Shown piece by piece: positions 12,838 through 25,100 of a DNA stretch of 64,000 nucleotides (the stretch's first letter is position 1; each line of letters starts with the position of its first letter). Source of the DNA: Torpedo marmorata (taxonomy: Eukaryota); NCBI GenBank assembly GCA_977017645.1, contig OZ360222.1, positions 223,386,001 to 223,450,000 on the forward strand, given 5' to 3'. The notes beneath the pieces were generated by a model. That model had not been told where the DNA came from. It saw nothing but the letters and a program-made list of their open reading frames with translations, and ran no database searches. Both the position numbers and the translations under genes were made by a program.

Positions 12838-13729
12838 TGTAACAAATTCAAACCATCAATGACAGAAGACGCAATGCAAAAGGGGTAAAATTTCACAACA
12901 ATTAACCCCACTATAAACGTCTATAAACACTATTCTTATCTAAAAGGTGTGTGTGTAAATCCCAGACCATTACAGTCTGTGCCCAAACCTCATGTAAAAA
13001 TGGAAAAACTTTCCCCAAAACCCCAGGTCAGTCATAAAAACAAGTCAGTAAAAAAAATAATACAGTCCACAAAAATTCACTCTCTAAGTTCAGGTTCCAA
13101 ATTCAGCTCTGTGTGCTGGCAAGAAGGACTTCTTAATGAACGTTGGAGAGAGACAATGACTGTTTATGCTTACAAATACTTGGCTTGGTTTTCTTCTCTG
13201 ATAACATTCCCTTCTTGTGTTTTCATAAGGATTGCGAATTCAGATCCGTTTTGGATTAAGGCGTATACTTGGATTTCACAGCCGGTTCCTCACAAAAGCC
13301 GTTCTCACAACTCAGGATTCTGCCGAATCATCAGGCCTTGTTTTTTCCCAGCCTTTTCCCTGGGATGCACAAGCCTGGACTTTTCTGATTCAAGAGACTC
13401 TGTGCTATTCTCCCCACTTCTTCTCTGGGATGCACAGGCCTGGATCCTACTGAGTTCTCCCACCTTTGCAACTCCAAAACTGCCACTGATTTAGTTTTCA
13501 ATTTAGGCCTCACAATAGAGAGAGAGTTTTCTCTCCAGCCTACCTCTTCCAAAGTTTTTCATCAAGTATCTTTTCACAGTTTGTCTCCCCCTGATGTCTC
13601 TCTCTGGTAAATACAAGAAGTCCTGGGCAAGTTAACTCTTTCAGTAACAGGTCCCAGTTTATACTCCAAAAGACTTCATCCTTCCTGCTTACCATCTGCA
13701 GTCCAAACTGTCAGTCATGGTCCATAACA
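12838..13729. mobile_element. Solo LTR (892 bp) inserted in the L1 RT domain
   Basis: TGT...ACA termini with a 4-bp TSD GTAA (12834-12837 and 13730-13733). Removing it rejoins EWNYLFKV*EKFGFGTTFINWIK. Internal direct repeat tgggatgcaca(a/g)gcctgga. Confidence 0.85.
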
Positions 13730-16128
13730 GTAAGAAAAATTTGGTTTTGGAACTACATTTATTAATTGGATTAAAACTATATATAAAGAACCCTCTGCCA
13801 GGGTGGTGACAAATGGACAAATTACTTCAAAATTTTTGTTGACTCGGTCAACTCGACAAGGATGTCCTTTGTCGCCAGCATTGTTTATTTTAGCAATAGA
13901 AACTTTAGCAGAATAAATTAGACAAGATATTAAGATTGTAGGTATTAAAGTTGGAAAAGAAGAACATAAAATTAGTTTATTTGCAGATGATGTATTGATT
14001 TACATGACAAAACCTATTAATTCTTTAACACAATTGACTGTTTTATTGAGAGAATATGGGGAAATATCTGGTTATAAGATTAATTCTGATAAAAGTGAAA
14101 TTATGCCATTGAAACAAGGAGACTACAATAAATGTAAAGAAATTACACGATTTAAATGGTCAAATAATGGAATTAAATATTTGGGAATAAAAATAGATAC
14201 AAAATTAGGTCATTTATATAAATTAAATTATTTACCTTTATTTACTAATATTAAAAAGGATTTAGAGAGTTGGAAGGATTTACCTATAACTTTAATAGGA
14301 AGGGTAAATTGTATCAAAATGAATGTTTTTCCAAGAATTCAATACCTTTTCCAATCAGTTCCTTATGAAATTCCTCAAAAATGCTTTAAGGATTTAAATT
14401 TAATTATTAGGACATTTTTGTGGAAGGGAAAATTGGCCAGAGTAGGTATGGAGAAATTAACTTGGAATTATGAAATGGGAGGTTTACAACTTCCCAATTT
14501 TCAAAATTATTATAAGGCAGCTCAATTAAAATTCATTAATGAAATGTTTGATTTAGAAAAATCTTCTGCTTGGATTAGAATAGAATTAAATAATATAGGA
14601 GAGGATTTGAAAGAAGAGGTTATTTATAAATGGAATTCTAAATTATTATTAAGGGGAGGTAAAAATTCTCCTATTTCAAAACATTTGTTAGAAATATGGA
14701 ATAAAGTGGATCGCGGGATAGGAGCGAAAGGGTTAATTTCTTGTAAAATGCCTTTATACCAAAATAAACATCCCATTTACTATTGATAATCAATTGTTTA
14801 AAATTTGGTTTCAAAAAGGGATTAAAAATGTAAATGATTGTTTTGAAGCTGGTAAATTTATTACTTTTCAAAGAATGAAAGGGAAGTTTAATGTATTAAA
14901 TAATACACTATTTGCTTATTATCAAATGAACATTTTTAGTTGAAAAGTTAGGTCATAGTTTAATTTTACCAAGGCAAAGTGAATTGGAATTATTAGTTAC
15001 TAATGGGGGTATAAATAAATTTATTTCTCAAATGTATAGATTGTTAACGAAAAAAATGCCTAAACGAGTAATTCATAAATCAAGATTAAAATGGGAATCG
15101 GATCTGAATGTAATAATAGATGAAGAACATTGGAAAGAAATATGTAAACAAAGTATGACGAAAATTATTAATGTTAGATATAGGTTAGTGCCATACAACG
15201 TTTTGCATCAATTATATTTAACGCCTAAGAAACTAAAGAAATTTAATTCGAGACTATCAGATTTATGTTTCAGATGTAATAGAGAGGAAGACTCCTTTAT
15301 ACACTCTACATGGCGTTGTCCAAGGATACATGCTTTTTGGCTGAAAGTTAAAAGGTTTTTGGACAAAGTATTAAGAATTACACTCCCAATGAATCCTAGC
15401 ATATTTTTGTTTGGAGATATTAAAAGAATTAGTAGTAAAATGAGATTAAATATGTATCAAATAGAATTTTTGCGAATTGCTTTAGCTGTTTCAAAGAAAT
15501 GCATTGCTATTACATGGAAGTCTGATGTAGATTTAGGGTTAGAAAGATGGCATGCAGAACTTCGTTCATGTATACCACTTGAAAAAATTACTTATAATTT
15601 ATGTAATAAATATCATTTATTTTTGAAAATATGGAGCACATATATGAAGACTGTGGGTTTAAGGATTTGAGGATCTCTCGATATCAGGTCTGGCTGGTGA
15701 ACCTGTGTTCCACAATAAAATTAATGTACAGTTGTTTTTTTTTAAGATTGACATTCTCCAACTACTATCCTTTTTTTTTCTTTCTTTCTATATTATTAGA
15801 GTAGTAGGGGTGGGTGGGTAGGGAGGGCAAAGGGAGGGAGGGGAGGGTGAAAATATATCACATGTATTCTGATAAATTTGTATTTTATAAACATGTATTA
15901 TCGTGTGATTTAAAATTTTAAATAAAATATTTTAAATAACAAATAAATAAATAAATAAATAGAATTGTTGGACTCTGTGTTGTGTCCAAAAGGCTGTAAT
16001 ATCCCTCGAGTACTGGCCCCCAAGCTGAAACAATATAAGAGGCATGGACAAGAAATCAGAGTTCCTCTTGTTTACCAGAATCAGATGTTGGTAGGTGTAT
16101 TATTTATAAACTCATAAGTAATATTAAT

Positions 16129-17148
16129 CAGTGCTGGATTAAGGTAATGCAGAGCCTGTAGCATTTATTTTAAAGGGGCCCTAAATTGTGCCGGCTGGCA
16201 CGTGCACGGTCTTAAATAGTGCCGGCTGGCACATGCGCAATGAGGGGGAAGTGTGACTGCGGCACCCTCCCCCACCCCCCCCCCTGAGAAAGTTTCTGAC
16301 GCTGACCCTGCATGTCCGTTTTGGTAAGTTTGAAATAGTCTAAATTATTCTTAACAAAATGATGCTAGCTTTCTCAGATCACTATATATTCAGTGATTAC
16401 CAGTGGCGTATCTAGGGAATATAGCGCCTATGGCAAGCACTGACATTGCGCTCCCCCTCCCCTGTTAAAACTTACTTACACATTTTGCACTTACACTGAA
16501 ATTACACTTACACTGAAATTGCGTCCCCCCTCCCCTCCCCTGTTAAAGCGTACTTACACATTTTGTTAAAACAAAACTTACGGCGGCTGCGACTGGCGGC
16601 TGGCTCAATGCGGGATCAATGGCCGTCTTCGTTACCCATAATCCCCCACGTAGCCTGGTGTTTCCCTGGTGCTGGCAGAGCGGTTCCAGCTGCATGGGGG
16701 ATATGGGTAACGAAGACAGCCATTGCTCCCGCATTGAGCCGTCGCCGCGAACTGCCGGGACGTCCCTGAAGCGGCCTGATCAGATGCCGGAGCGGCGCTC
16801 CGGTGAACTCCGGCAGCTCTGCACCCCTGCTGCTGCGTCAGGAATTAGACGTGGGGCGGGGGGTGGGGGGGTGGGGGGGGCGACGGACGGCCAGGGCTAG
16901 GAGCGAGGCGGTCGGGTGAGGCAAGGACAGTGGCGCCCCCCCCTTAAATTTAAGGTTAGTGATTTTAACCTATTATCACCTTTAATCAGGGTTATTAACA
17001 CAGACTATCACTGTGGTATCTCATAGCCGCTGCACAAAAATGAAAACAAAAATGTTTCTCATAATTCATAGTACATAAACGCGGGGGCCCTTGAAAATCC
17101 GGGGCCCTTAGCATATGCTACTTTCGATACTATGTTAATCCGGCCCTG
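16129..17148. mobile_element. Non-autonomous hAT-type DNA transposon (1020 bp, including a nested piece)
   Basis: Imperfect TIRs CAGTGCTGGATTAA and TTAATCCGGCCCTG, 8-bp TSD ATATTAAT (16121-16128, 17149-17156), subterminal GGGCCC motifs. Confidence 0.85.
16401..16945. mobile_element. Probable second hAT (Tip100-like) element nested in the first; one terminus missing
   Basis: Begins CAGTGGCGTATCTAG, a hAT-type terminus. GC/CpG-rich, with an internal direct repeat and a ~55-bp inverted repeat. No matching right TIR found. Confidence 0.5.
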
Positions 17149-17254
17149 ATATTAATTGGACTAATAGGATGAGAAATTAAATATTACATGCATAAATAGT
17201 TTAGATGTCCTAATTTGTATACAAATTCATTGGTGTAAAGTTGCAGAGGTGTCT

Positions 17255-17826
17255 CAGCTGTAGTTCAGTTGGTAACACACTTGCCTCTGAGACAAGCACA
17301 GTATTAGGTGAGTATTATAGTACCATCCTCTGGAGATGCTGAGCCGCTGGAGATGCTGTCACATTCTACTCAGACCCTATCTGCTCTCTGAGGATCCCAC
17401 AGCACTCTTTCAGCTATGAGCAATGGAGACATCCCTGGTGTAATACAGTAAAACCCCTGTTATCCAGCACCAATGGGGATTGGTTGATGCTGGATAAGTG
17501 AATTTTCCAGTTGCTTGAGGTTGCGTGTTGCATGATTGGCAAACTAACGACGAGCGTGCCAATTTTAAACTTTCGTATTTTTTACCTATTCATTTTCCCG
17601 CGATTTTTTTGCCAGTTGCTTGAATTCCGGATAACAGGCGTTTTACTGTAGCTGATATTTATCTCTCAAACATTGTCACTAAGAGAAAGATGATTTGACC
17701 TTCATCGCCTTGCTGCTTGTGGGGGTTGGCTGTGTGCAAATTGGCTGCCAAATTTCCCATTTCAATGGTTGCAAAGTGCCTTCAGATGCCATCAATGGTG
17801 CCACACAAATATAAGTGCTTTCTTTT
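17255..17826 (+). mobile_element. DeuSINE (SacSINE1-like), split by the Tigger-like MITE
   Basis: tRNA-like head TAGTTCAGTTGGTA, Deu-domain-like gatcccacagcact...gagca, the block ttggctgtgtgcaaattggctgcc, and a tail aaatataagtgctttctttt. Match is from memory of the family consensus. Confidence 0.65.
17446..17648. mobile_element. Tc1/mariner (pogo/Tigger-like) MITE, 203 bp
   Basis: TIRs CAGTAAAACCCCTGTTATCC and GGATAACAGGCGTTTTACTG, flanked by TA on both sides. Confidence 0.9.
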
Positions 17827-19649
17827 AATTGTGAAGCACCTTTCACAAGCCACATAACAAGAATTGTAATGAGTCAGACGAAAATAAATATATTCAAATG
17901 CTTTCCGTGAACTAGTCAGGTAGTGTTAATTAAAAATAGATTTAATAGAAGTAGGGTTTCCTTATCATGTTGCATAATGGGTGCAATAACGGTGGCCCTG
18001 GTCCTTGCTTAATAGCTGGCTGATTCACTTCATTCTGCTGGTTTTTATCTATTCAACCGGACAGAAGCTTGGGAATCCCAAGTGCAGTCTGCTGTAGCCT
18101 TCTACTCCAGCTAAGTGCCAGTCCCGTGACACTTGCTCAGAGCCAGCGGACTCCACAGGGAGTCCAATGGGGCAGCACAGACTTGCTTAGATTTCCTAGC
18201 ACTTAGGCTGGGAAACCTGCCTGCTGAGCCTGCGCCAATTTGGTCCTGGCGTCTGTCCACTGGACCCATTGAAATCAATGGGAAGAAACGGCTGCCAGAG
18301 TACGGTAAGTAGAAGGTAATTTATTTTATATTTAATTTGATTGACTTAAATGCATGTGAAGCCTTTTAACGGTGGGCAAATGTTTCTACTCTTTAAAAAA
18401 TATTTTCAAGAATTTTAAGTTTTTAAAATTTTCATTGTGATGTTGAATGTTTGCAAACATTAAAAATAAACGTCCAAAAGCACATTTAAGACATTGAGAA
18501 ATATTCAATTTAAATGACAGCTTTGGCAGACAAATAAACCCAGGGGCAGATCCCTCACCAGCTGTCTACTAGTCTGAGCATGGCACTTGATACACAGGCT
18601 GGGAGTTGCCCTTGCTACACTGGGCCTTGCTGTTCAGCAGGGCACTGGGCTTCCAGGAGGACACTGTAAGAGAAAGTGTGCTGCAAGAGTAGGCAACGGG
18701 CAAGGTCAGTCAGCTGGCCATTCAGGGAAAGAACCATTAAGAACTTTTTATAAATATCATATTCAAAGAAAACTGGAAATATAGCGCTGCTTCAAGTCAA
18801 ACCTGCACTGAAGGTGCTTGCTTAGGTCAGGTTCAACTGCTGTTTCTTTTCATTCTGAAGTTTCCAGCAGCAAGAATTGCATTCGGCATGCATTTTAGTG
18901 CCAGTGGATGCTGAAGGGTTTCTAGTGTAGTCAATAATCCAGGAATCCAGAGGCATTGTTGGTGGGACTGGTCCAGATTCCTGATCGCTGTCAGTAGATC
19001 ACTCATTAACGAAGTCATTCTCAGTGTGCAAACGAACGGTGTAACCATTAGCATACTGAAGGTCAAAATGAATGAGTCTTAAACTCTTGTTTTTTGTCTG
19101 GCTATGACAGAGATTTTTATTTGATTTCAATTCCATCAGGGAAGTGGTTTTTACAAAGGCAAGTATGACTGCTGCAGGTTTGGGCTATCACACAATCATA
19201 ATCAACTCAGTTTTGGGTGAACGAGGGTCCATTTTCTAACAAGGATAGAGTATGGTGGCAATCATCTGATTGTGAAGAATCTTGCAATTCCCTCTCAGAA
19301 AATACCAACAGCATCTGTGTCATTTGGATTATCTTGGTCTCTATCCTATTGTAAACATTCCTTCTGTTTTCTCTTCACACCCTCCTTTCTCTGCAACATA
19401 AAGCATACTTTTTTTTTTCATTTTTCACAGTTCTGATAAAAGATCATTGCCCTTAAACATTAACTCTACTTCTCCCTCCACAGATGCTTTCTGACATGCT
19501 GAGTGTTTCCAGTGTTTTTATGTTTTTATTTTATATTTCATTCTCTTCTGCCAGAAATGACAGGGCATATCATGTGACTTTGCAGGGACTGCAGGATAAC
19601 CTGGGCCACAGCTGTTGCAGGAAGAGTTTACATCATGTGGTAAAAAAAA

Positions 19650-20260
19650 AGAAGTCTGCAGATGCTGGGGAACTAGTGCAGTACACAAAAGTGCTGGGGA
19701 AACTCTGCACGTCATACAGCATCCATGAAAAGGAATAGACAGTTGGTGTTTTGGGCCTGAGCCCTTCTTCATGTGCGCTGAAAATCAGGGAGAAGCCCGA
19801 ATAAGAAGGTGGGGGTAGGAAGGGGAAGCGGGGGGCATAGGCATGCAGGTGATAGGTGGATAAAGGTAGGAAGGGGGAAGAAGAAATAGAAGCTGAGAGG
19901 TGATAAGGGAAGGGGGGCTGAGAAAGGCACTAATAGGAGAAAGGAAGGGAAAGGACTGGGGTGTTAGAGGAAGGGAGTCCAAGGGAAAGTGAGAGAATGA
20001 GAGGAGTGGGTTTACGGAAATTGGAGGTTGATATTGATGTCGTCTGGTTGGAGACTACCGAACTGGAATATAAGGTGCTGTTTCTCCAATTTTCAGGTGG
20101 TCTTGGCACTGCATGAGGCCATGGACAGACATGTCAGTGTGGCATTGGCATGTGGAATTGAAGTGGCTGGCCACTGGGAGGTCCTAACTGTTGCAGCAGA
20201 CAGAGCAAAGGTGCTCAAAAAAGCAAATCCCCTAATCTGCAGTCTGTCTCTCCGATTGGA
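19650..20260 (-). mobile_element. Penelope-like element, GIY-YIG C-terminus and 3' region
   Basis: Minus strand encodes KLEKQHLIFQFGSLQPDDININ, followed by a pyrimidine-rich tract and the gatgctg...cagcatc terminal repeat. Confidence 0.7.
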
Positions 20261-21900
20261 GAACACCAGTTTTTGGGTGTTGCATGCCAATACTGGGATG
20301 TGCTACATCGGAAAGAAATTCCAGTCCCTTAAAGTCCAGCTGGTGATTGAGTTTTGCCAGTGCATCGTGCAGGTCATTGTCCAGAACCCTTGCAGTGGTT
20401 ATGATGCATTCATTCTCTGGAAACCGGCTGCAAGACCATTTGCACTACACAATCAAAAGCTAGTTTCTGGGCAGCAAGCACTATCCACGGATAATTTGTC
20501 TGATGGCTTCAGTGTAATATTAAATCATGTGTTTATTCACACAGTGAAAACCATGTTCCCTCATAAAATTTGAAGGAACATGCTGTAGCAACGACACTGC
20601 TATTTGATCTGTTCTGGAGGAGGACTGCTGTTTGAGGCAGAAAGGCTGGACATCTGCTGTCCACCATCCAACCTCATTATAATAATGAGGTCTTGCCAGG
20701 TCTATGCTCAGCTGCTGTAGACAGCAGGAGGGGCTGGTGGAAGAGGAGGTGGAAGAGAATAATGATGAAGAAGAGTGATAACAAGAAAGAAAAGGGTGGA
20801 AAAGAGGAGACATCACAGGCAGCTGTTTTCTGGCCAGGACATCTGAAAACAACTCAGCTGACTCTGGTCCCAGTAAACCCAACATAAATTCTGCATTTGC
20901 CAACTTTTCACATCTTAATTTCCCTCTGCTTCTCCCTGGCCACAGTGCAAAAATAAAGGTCAATACAAAATAAACAGACTTCGCCAAGGTTATAAATCAA
21001 AGCATGCCATCTTGTAGAGCAACGTCAGCAATTCACCAATGTGCATTTCCTTAGTGCATGACCTATGTATGCCTTTGGCTGCCCTAGTGGATCAATGCAG
21101 TCCTACCCGTGTAGCTGGTGACTTTCAGTGAAGGAGACTGCAGATGATCCTGCAGGCTCACCTCTGGCAGCACTGGGCCTGCAAAGCCTAATCTTGGGCT
21201 GCATGACGTTGGCGTGAACACTGGCAGTCTGGGCTGACAGCCAATAGCGAGGGACTGAAGGAGTGCCAATGATGGGATGATGAAGAGAAGACAGCAGATT
21301 TCTGCTCCATGGGACCAGAGCTGCTTCCTTGAGATGACCTATCAGAAATCTGGGTAATCTGTTGGAGGACCGATTGCTGCATTGCTTTGCCACCAAGGCA
21401 AAACCCTCTGTTAGCTGGCACCCAGAGCCATGGAGTCAGCCCCTGGATTGAGATGACAATGTTGTCTGCCCAGAAGGCAAAGTGCAAGCTGTTGGATGCT
21501 GCATAATGATTGTGCTCTCTTGTGCTAATGAAGCAAACAACTATTTCCAAGCCAAGAAGAATAAGCTCCATGCTGTATGAAAATCCCTGAGCAAGGTTGG
21601 TGCCAGATTCCTCCATATTCCTTGACATTGCACATGTGTATTCTGTCTGGCCTTCCCAGGCAACACACACTTCCTTATGGACCTATATAATACATCCAAG
21701 GGCTGCCCCGTCAACATTCTCATCCAAGTCCCCCAGTGTTGACCTCATGTTTGATTTCACCCTTCGGAGAGCTGGCAGGGATGGTACCAATGTCTGCTGC
21801 TCTGACCACAGGGTACTTTTTTCCCAATGTATGAAATGCCTTCATGTTCGCCCTGTTGTTCTTCAACAATCATGGGCTGATCGGGTTGTAAGGTTGTGAT
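20260..21900 (-). mobile_element. Possible very old Harbinger-like remnant
   Basis: Weak similarity only: RLGF...LQDHLQ...RTAL and VLACN-like pieces in the expected order, plus an acidic-repeat tract. Not verified. Confidence 0.25.
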
Positions 21901-22363
21901 GAGGGGTGATGATGCTGAGGAGATGAGAAGAGTACACTATCATCATCAGCAACCTGTAAATCAGAGCAACTGCAGGATTGTAGAATATGAGGAAAAGGAT
22001 TAATATGAGGAAATCAGCATCTATTACTTCAGCCCTGCCATTGGGCAGTGTGTATGTAGCACCTGTCTCCGTTACGGCACATGTCTACTCCCCCATTACT
22101 TAAAAGTAATACATTGTCCTTCTCTGTTCCTGGTGCTGTTGAAATAGTATTGAAGAGTTATAGCAGTGCATTTATTTGATGATACACAGAGCCACAGTGC
22201 ACAGGAGTAAATGTTTGTTGTGATGGATTGGGTGCCAATCAAGTTGACTCCTTTTTCCTGAGCTTCCTTGGTCATCCAGGCAGGTGGTCAGTATTCCATC
22301 ACAGTCTTGGCTTCTACCCAGAAGGTAGAAAGGTTTTTAGGACACAGAAGGTAAGTCATGCAC

Positions 22364-22770
22364 CAAGAAAAAACTCCAGAGGGTTGTTAACTCGGCCTTA
22401 AATCATGGGCACCAGTCTTCACTCCATCGAGAGCATCTACAAGAGGCGGTACCTTAAGAAAGCAGCCTCTATCCTCCAGGACCCCCACCACCCAGGCCAT
22501 GCCCTCTTCACTCTGCTATCATCGGGAAAAAGGTACAGGAGCCTGAAGACGACCACTCAGCGGCACAAGGACAGCTTCTTCCCTTCTGCCATCAGATTCC
22601 TGAATGAACAATGAACCACAGACACTGCCTTACTTTGACTTTTTCTTTTTCTTGCACTATTTTTGTTTATTTTGTAAGGTGCTTTATATAAATGTTTGCA
22701 CTGTGATGCTGCCACAAAACAACAAATTTTGTGACATGTTCATGACAATAAATTCTGATTCTGATTCTGA
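22364..22770 (+). mobile_element. Rex1/Babar-like LINE, 3' fragment
   Basis: DPHHPGHALFTLLSSGKRYRSL...DSFFPSAIRFLN, then AATAAA and a (TTCTGA)n tail. Confidence 0.85.
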
Positions 22771-23303
22771 AGCCTGCTCTTGTAGCCACGGTAAATGCAT
22801 AGAGACATGGAGATTGCAGATGCTGGAATTTGGTCCAAAAACAAATATACTGGAGGAACTCAGTGGGTCAAGCAGCATCAGTGGGACAAAAAGAGTGGTT
22901 GATGTTTCGAGTCGAACCCTTCATCAAAACCTAGCCTTGGTATCTAAGCTCCAGTTGACCTTCTATTCAGGGGACATTCCCATTTTCAATTTTATTATGG
23001 AAGGAACATCATTTGATGACACAGTTGAACTCGGTTGGCCCTGTGCCACAGTCCTGGAGAACTCCTGCAGCTCTATGGTGGGACTGAGCATTTCCTCCTT
23101 GATTCCATTGACTTCAGCTTTACCAGACTTCCATGTGGAGCCCAGGTGAATGGTGTATTGGCACCAGGACAGTCTACTCTTCTTTGACTTCTACCATTAT
23201 TCTTTTTTTCCCCCAGTCCTACTAAACTTGTTTATACCAACTACTGCAACAACAGGTCATTCAGTAAGAAATGTAAAAAAAAGTCTTGTAGTAGTGCAAG
23301 GTA

Positions 23304-23460
23304 AACAAGAGAAACTGCAGATGCTGTAAAATTGGAGAAACACACAAACTGCTGGAGGAACTCAGCATCTGTGGAAGGCAACAGATAGTGAACGTTTCCT
23401 CCCCAAAGCCTTCACTAGGAATCCATGACCCTCTGAGTTCCTCCAGCATTTTGTGTGTTG
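23304..23460. repeat. Penelope-type terminal repeat pair in inverted orientation
   Basis: acacacaaactgctggaggaactcag (~23340-23364) pairs with ctgagttcctccagcattttgtgtgt (~23433-23458). Related short repeats occur at ~3340-3440, 19400-19520, 22800-22930, 30470-30830 and 38490-38610. Confidence 0.6.
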
Positions 23461-24012
23461 TCGCAGCAGTGCAAACTAGGCTTAAGTTGGACTAATACTG
23501 GTCTCTGTGATAAGCTCTGGCGGTGAGGATTTGGGCTGCTGCCTGTAGTGGGATCGGGAATCGCGACCCTTGTCCTCGTTTGTGGGAGCGAGAGGCTGGA
23601 TTGGAGACGCAATCGAATTTAGCCCGCTGTTCTTTGCAGTAGCAGCTGTTAATGGACAAGACATAGACGGTGACTTCAGCCAGACAGCTGTTAAAACAGG
23701 GAGGTTACGGAGCGTTGTATAGCACCTTACGTGAACTCAATTGCTTCGCCTATCCCAGTGTTGCAGAGATAAGATCTGTACAAACTTCTTTGATAATAGA
23801 TGGAAATGAGCCGAGCCCAGGTTGCAATCTTTCCATCCCAGATCCAAGAGCCTCGGTGATGCCGATTTCAAAGTTCACGACAGGATTCGACGATTACAGA
23901 ATCTCATTACATCTTTTGTTACCTCATCACATTAGGGTGAATAGGCATGTTTAATTGGGAAGCTTGATATTATTTCCCCGCTGTAAATCATGATCGGACT
24001 CATGCTGAAGGT

Positions 24013-24094
24013 ATCACAGTAATAGATATGATATCTTATCATATGGTTCTGAATTGATCACAGTAATAGATATGATATCTTATATGGTTCTGAA
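24013..24094 (+). repeat. 82-bp dispersed direct repeat, copy 1 (identical to 27387-27468)
   Basis: atcacagtaatagatatgatatcttatcatatggttctgaattg followed by atcacagtaatagatatgatatcttatatggttctgaa. Confidence 0.95.
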
Positions 24095-24920
24095 GGCACT
24101 TGGCCTTTCCATGAGCACATTGACACTGGTTCGTTGATCATTGGGAATCTTTCACAATAATATATTAATACTTTCCTTTTTAAAGAAAATCACCACCGTG
24201 ATTATTTATATGAGCGTTCTAAACGAATTCTGTACAGCAATTTTATTACTCTTAACAATACACCGCTGTAAACAAGATGATCAGTTGTGCCGATTCTACT
24301 TGGTGAGACAGTCTCGCAAAGACGAGTTTGAATTTATTTGGCTGTTTGCCGGAGCAGCCCACGCGGAGAGGTTATTTTTTACCAACGGTCCATCGTGAAA
24401 AAAGCGAGTTCTTTTGCAGCTGCAACCACCCTGTGTATACTCTGTATCAACAGCCCTGTCAATACCTGCAAAGCAAGCAAGTATTGTCAGTTACTGGACG
24501 TCACACCCTGAACACCTTGAGCATGTGTGTTAATCATTAGCCCTCGCCAGGAGGTAGATTAAAGGTCGATATTAAAGGATAGATCGGGAGTTGAGGGATT
24601 TTGTTTTGCAAGTAAAGGTTTAAGTTTCAACTCTGCCTTACAATCGCTCGAAATATCTGCCTCTTCCAATTCGGGCTTCTTGAATAACGCCAACTTCACC
24701 CGCACAATCGCCGACTATCGTGCGCTCAGCTGCCGAGGCCCTTCAACTCCGCAAGTTCCTCGCTAAAGCTTTCCACCTTTTTTTTTTCCGCCTCCTGTCA
24801 CAAACTTTTGGTTATCTCTCGCAGTTTGGCATCGGATTTTGATTGTGGTCTTTCTTGTGACCGTTCATTGTTTTTAAAGTGCGTTCAAACACAACTGGCT
24901 GATATTATCATCACACAATG

Positions 24921-25100
24921 GAGGGGGGGGGGACTTTCCTTTGCTTCTCTTTCTCTGACTGTAAGGAATGTTAGAGGCACTTAGGCAATTTCTGCCGGTG
25001 GCGAATCTGTCTGCCTTGCAGCAGGCAAAAAGAAATTTCATGGAATATGACACTGTCTTATTACTATGACAATAAATTGAATCTTGAATCTTGAATCTTG
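24921..25100 (+). mobile_element. Short LINE 3' end (Rex-like) with microsatellite tail
   Basis: AATAAA followed by (TGAATCT)n. Flanking ACAATG at 24915-24920 and 25101-25106. Confidence 0.7.

Larger units (their letters stand above)
10903..15670 (+). pseudogene. L1 ORF2p remnant (APE endonuclease, reverse transcriptase, C-terminal Cys-rich domain), broken by stops, frameshifts and two insertions
   Basis: Motifs SININGL, FLQETH, GGDFN, SDHSPL, YRPISLLNVD, KAFDRLEW, RQGCPLSP, LFADD, KYLGI, CFRC...H..W.C. Confidence 0.92.
9042..15962 (+). mobile_element. Full-length, decayed L1-clade LINE
   Basis: GGGGGCGTGGC 5' end, ORF1 and ORF2 remnants, G-rich 3' UTR, (AAAT)n tail. TSD AATTGTTGGACT at 9030-9041 and 15963-15974. 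Confidence 0.93.

Noticed and set aside
12949-13494. 181-aa ORF inside the solo LTR
   Set aside because: GTG start, no gag/pol/env motifs; the repeated WDAQAW only reflects the LTR's internal direct repeat.
17255-17290. tRNA-like A-box sequence
   Set aside because: It is the head of a SINE; no cloverleaf or intact B-box.
18833-19066. Minus-strand ORF with a nearby acceptor-like ttttgaccttcag
   Set aside because: No recognisable protein and no linked exons; too weak to call.
23482-23664. 60-aa minus-strand ORF at the edge of the CpG-retaining island
   Set aside because: No homology recognised and no convincing splice donor.
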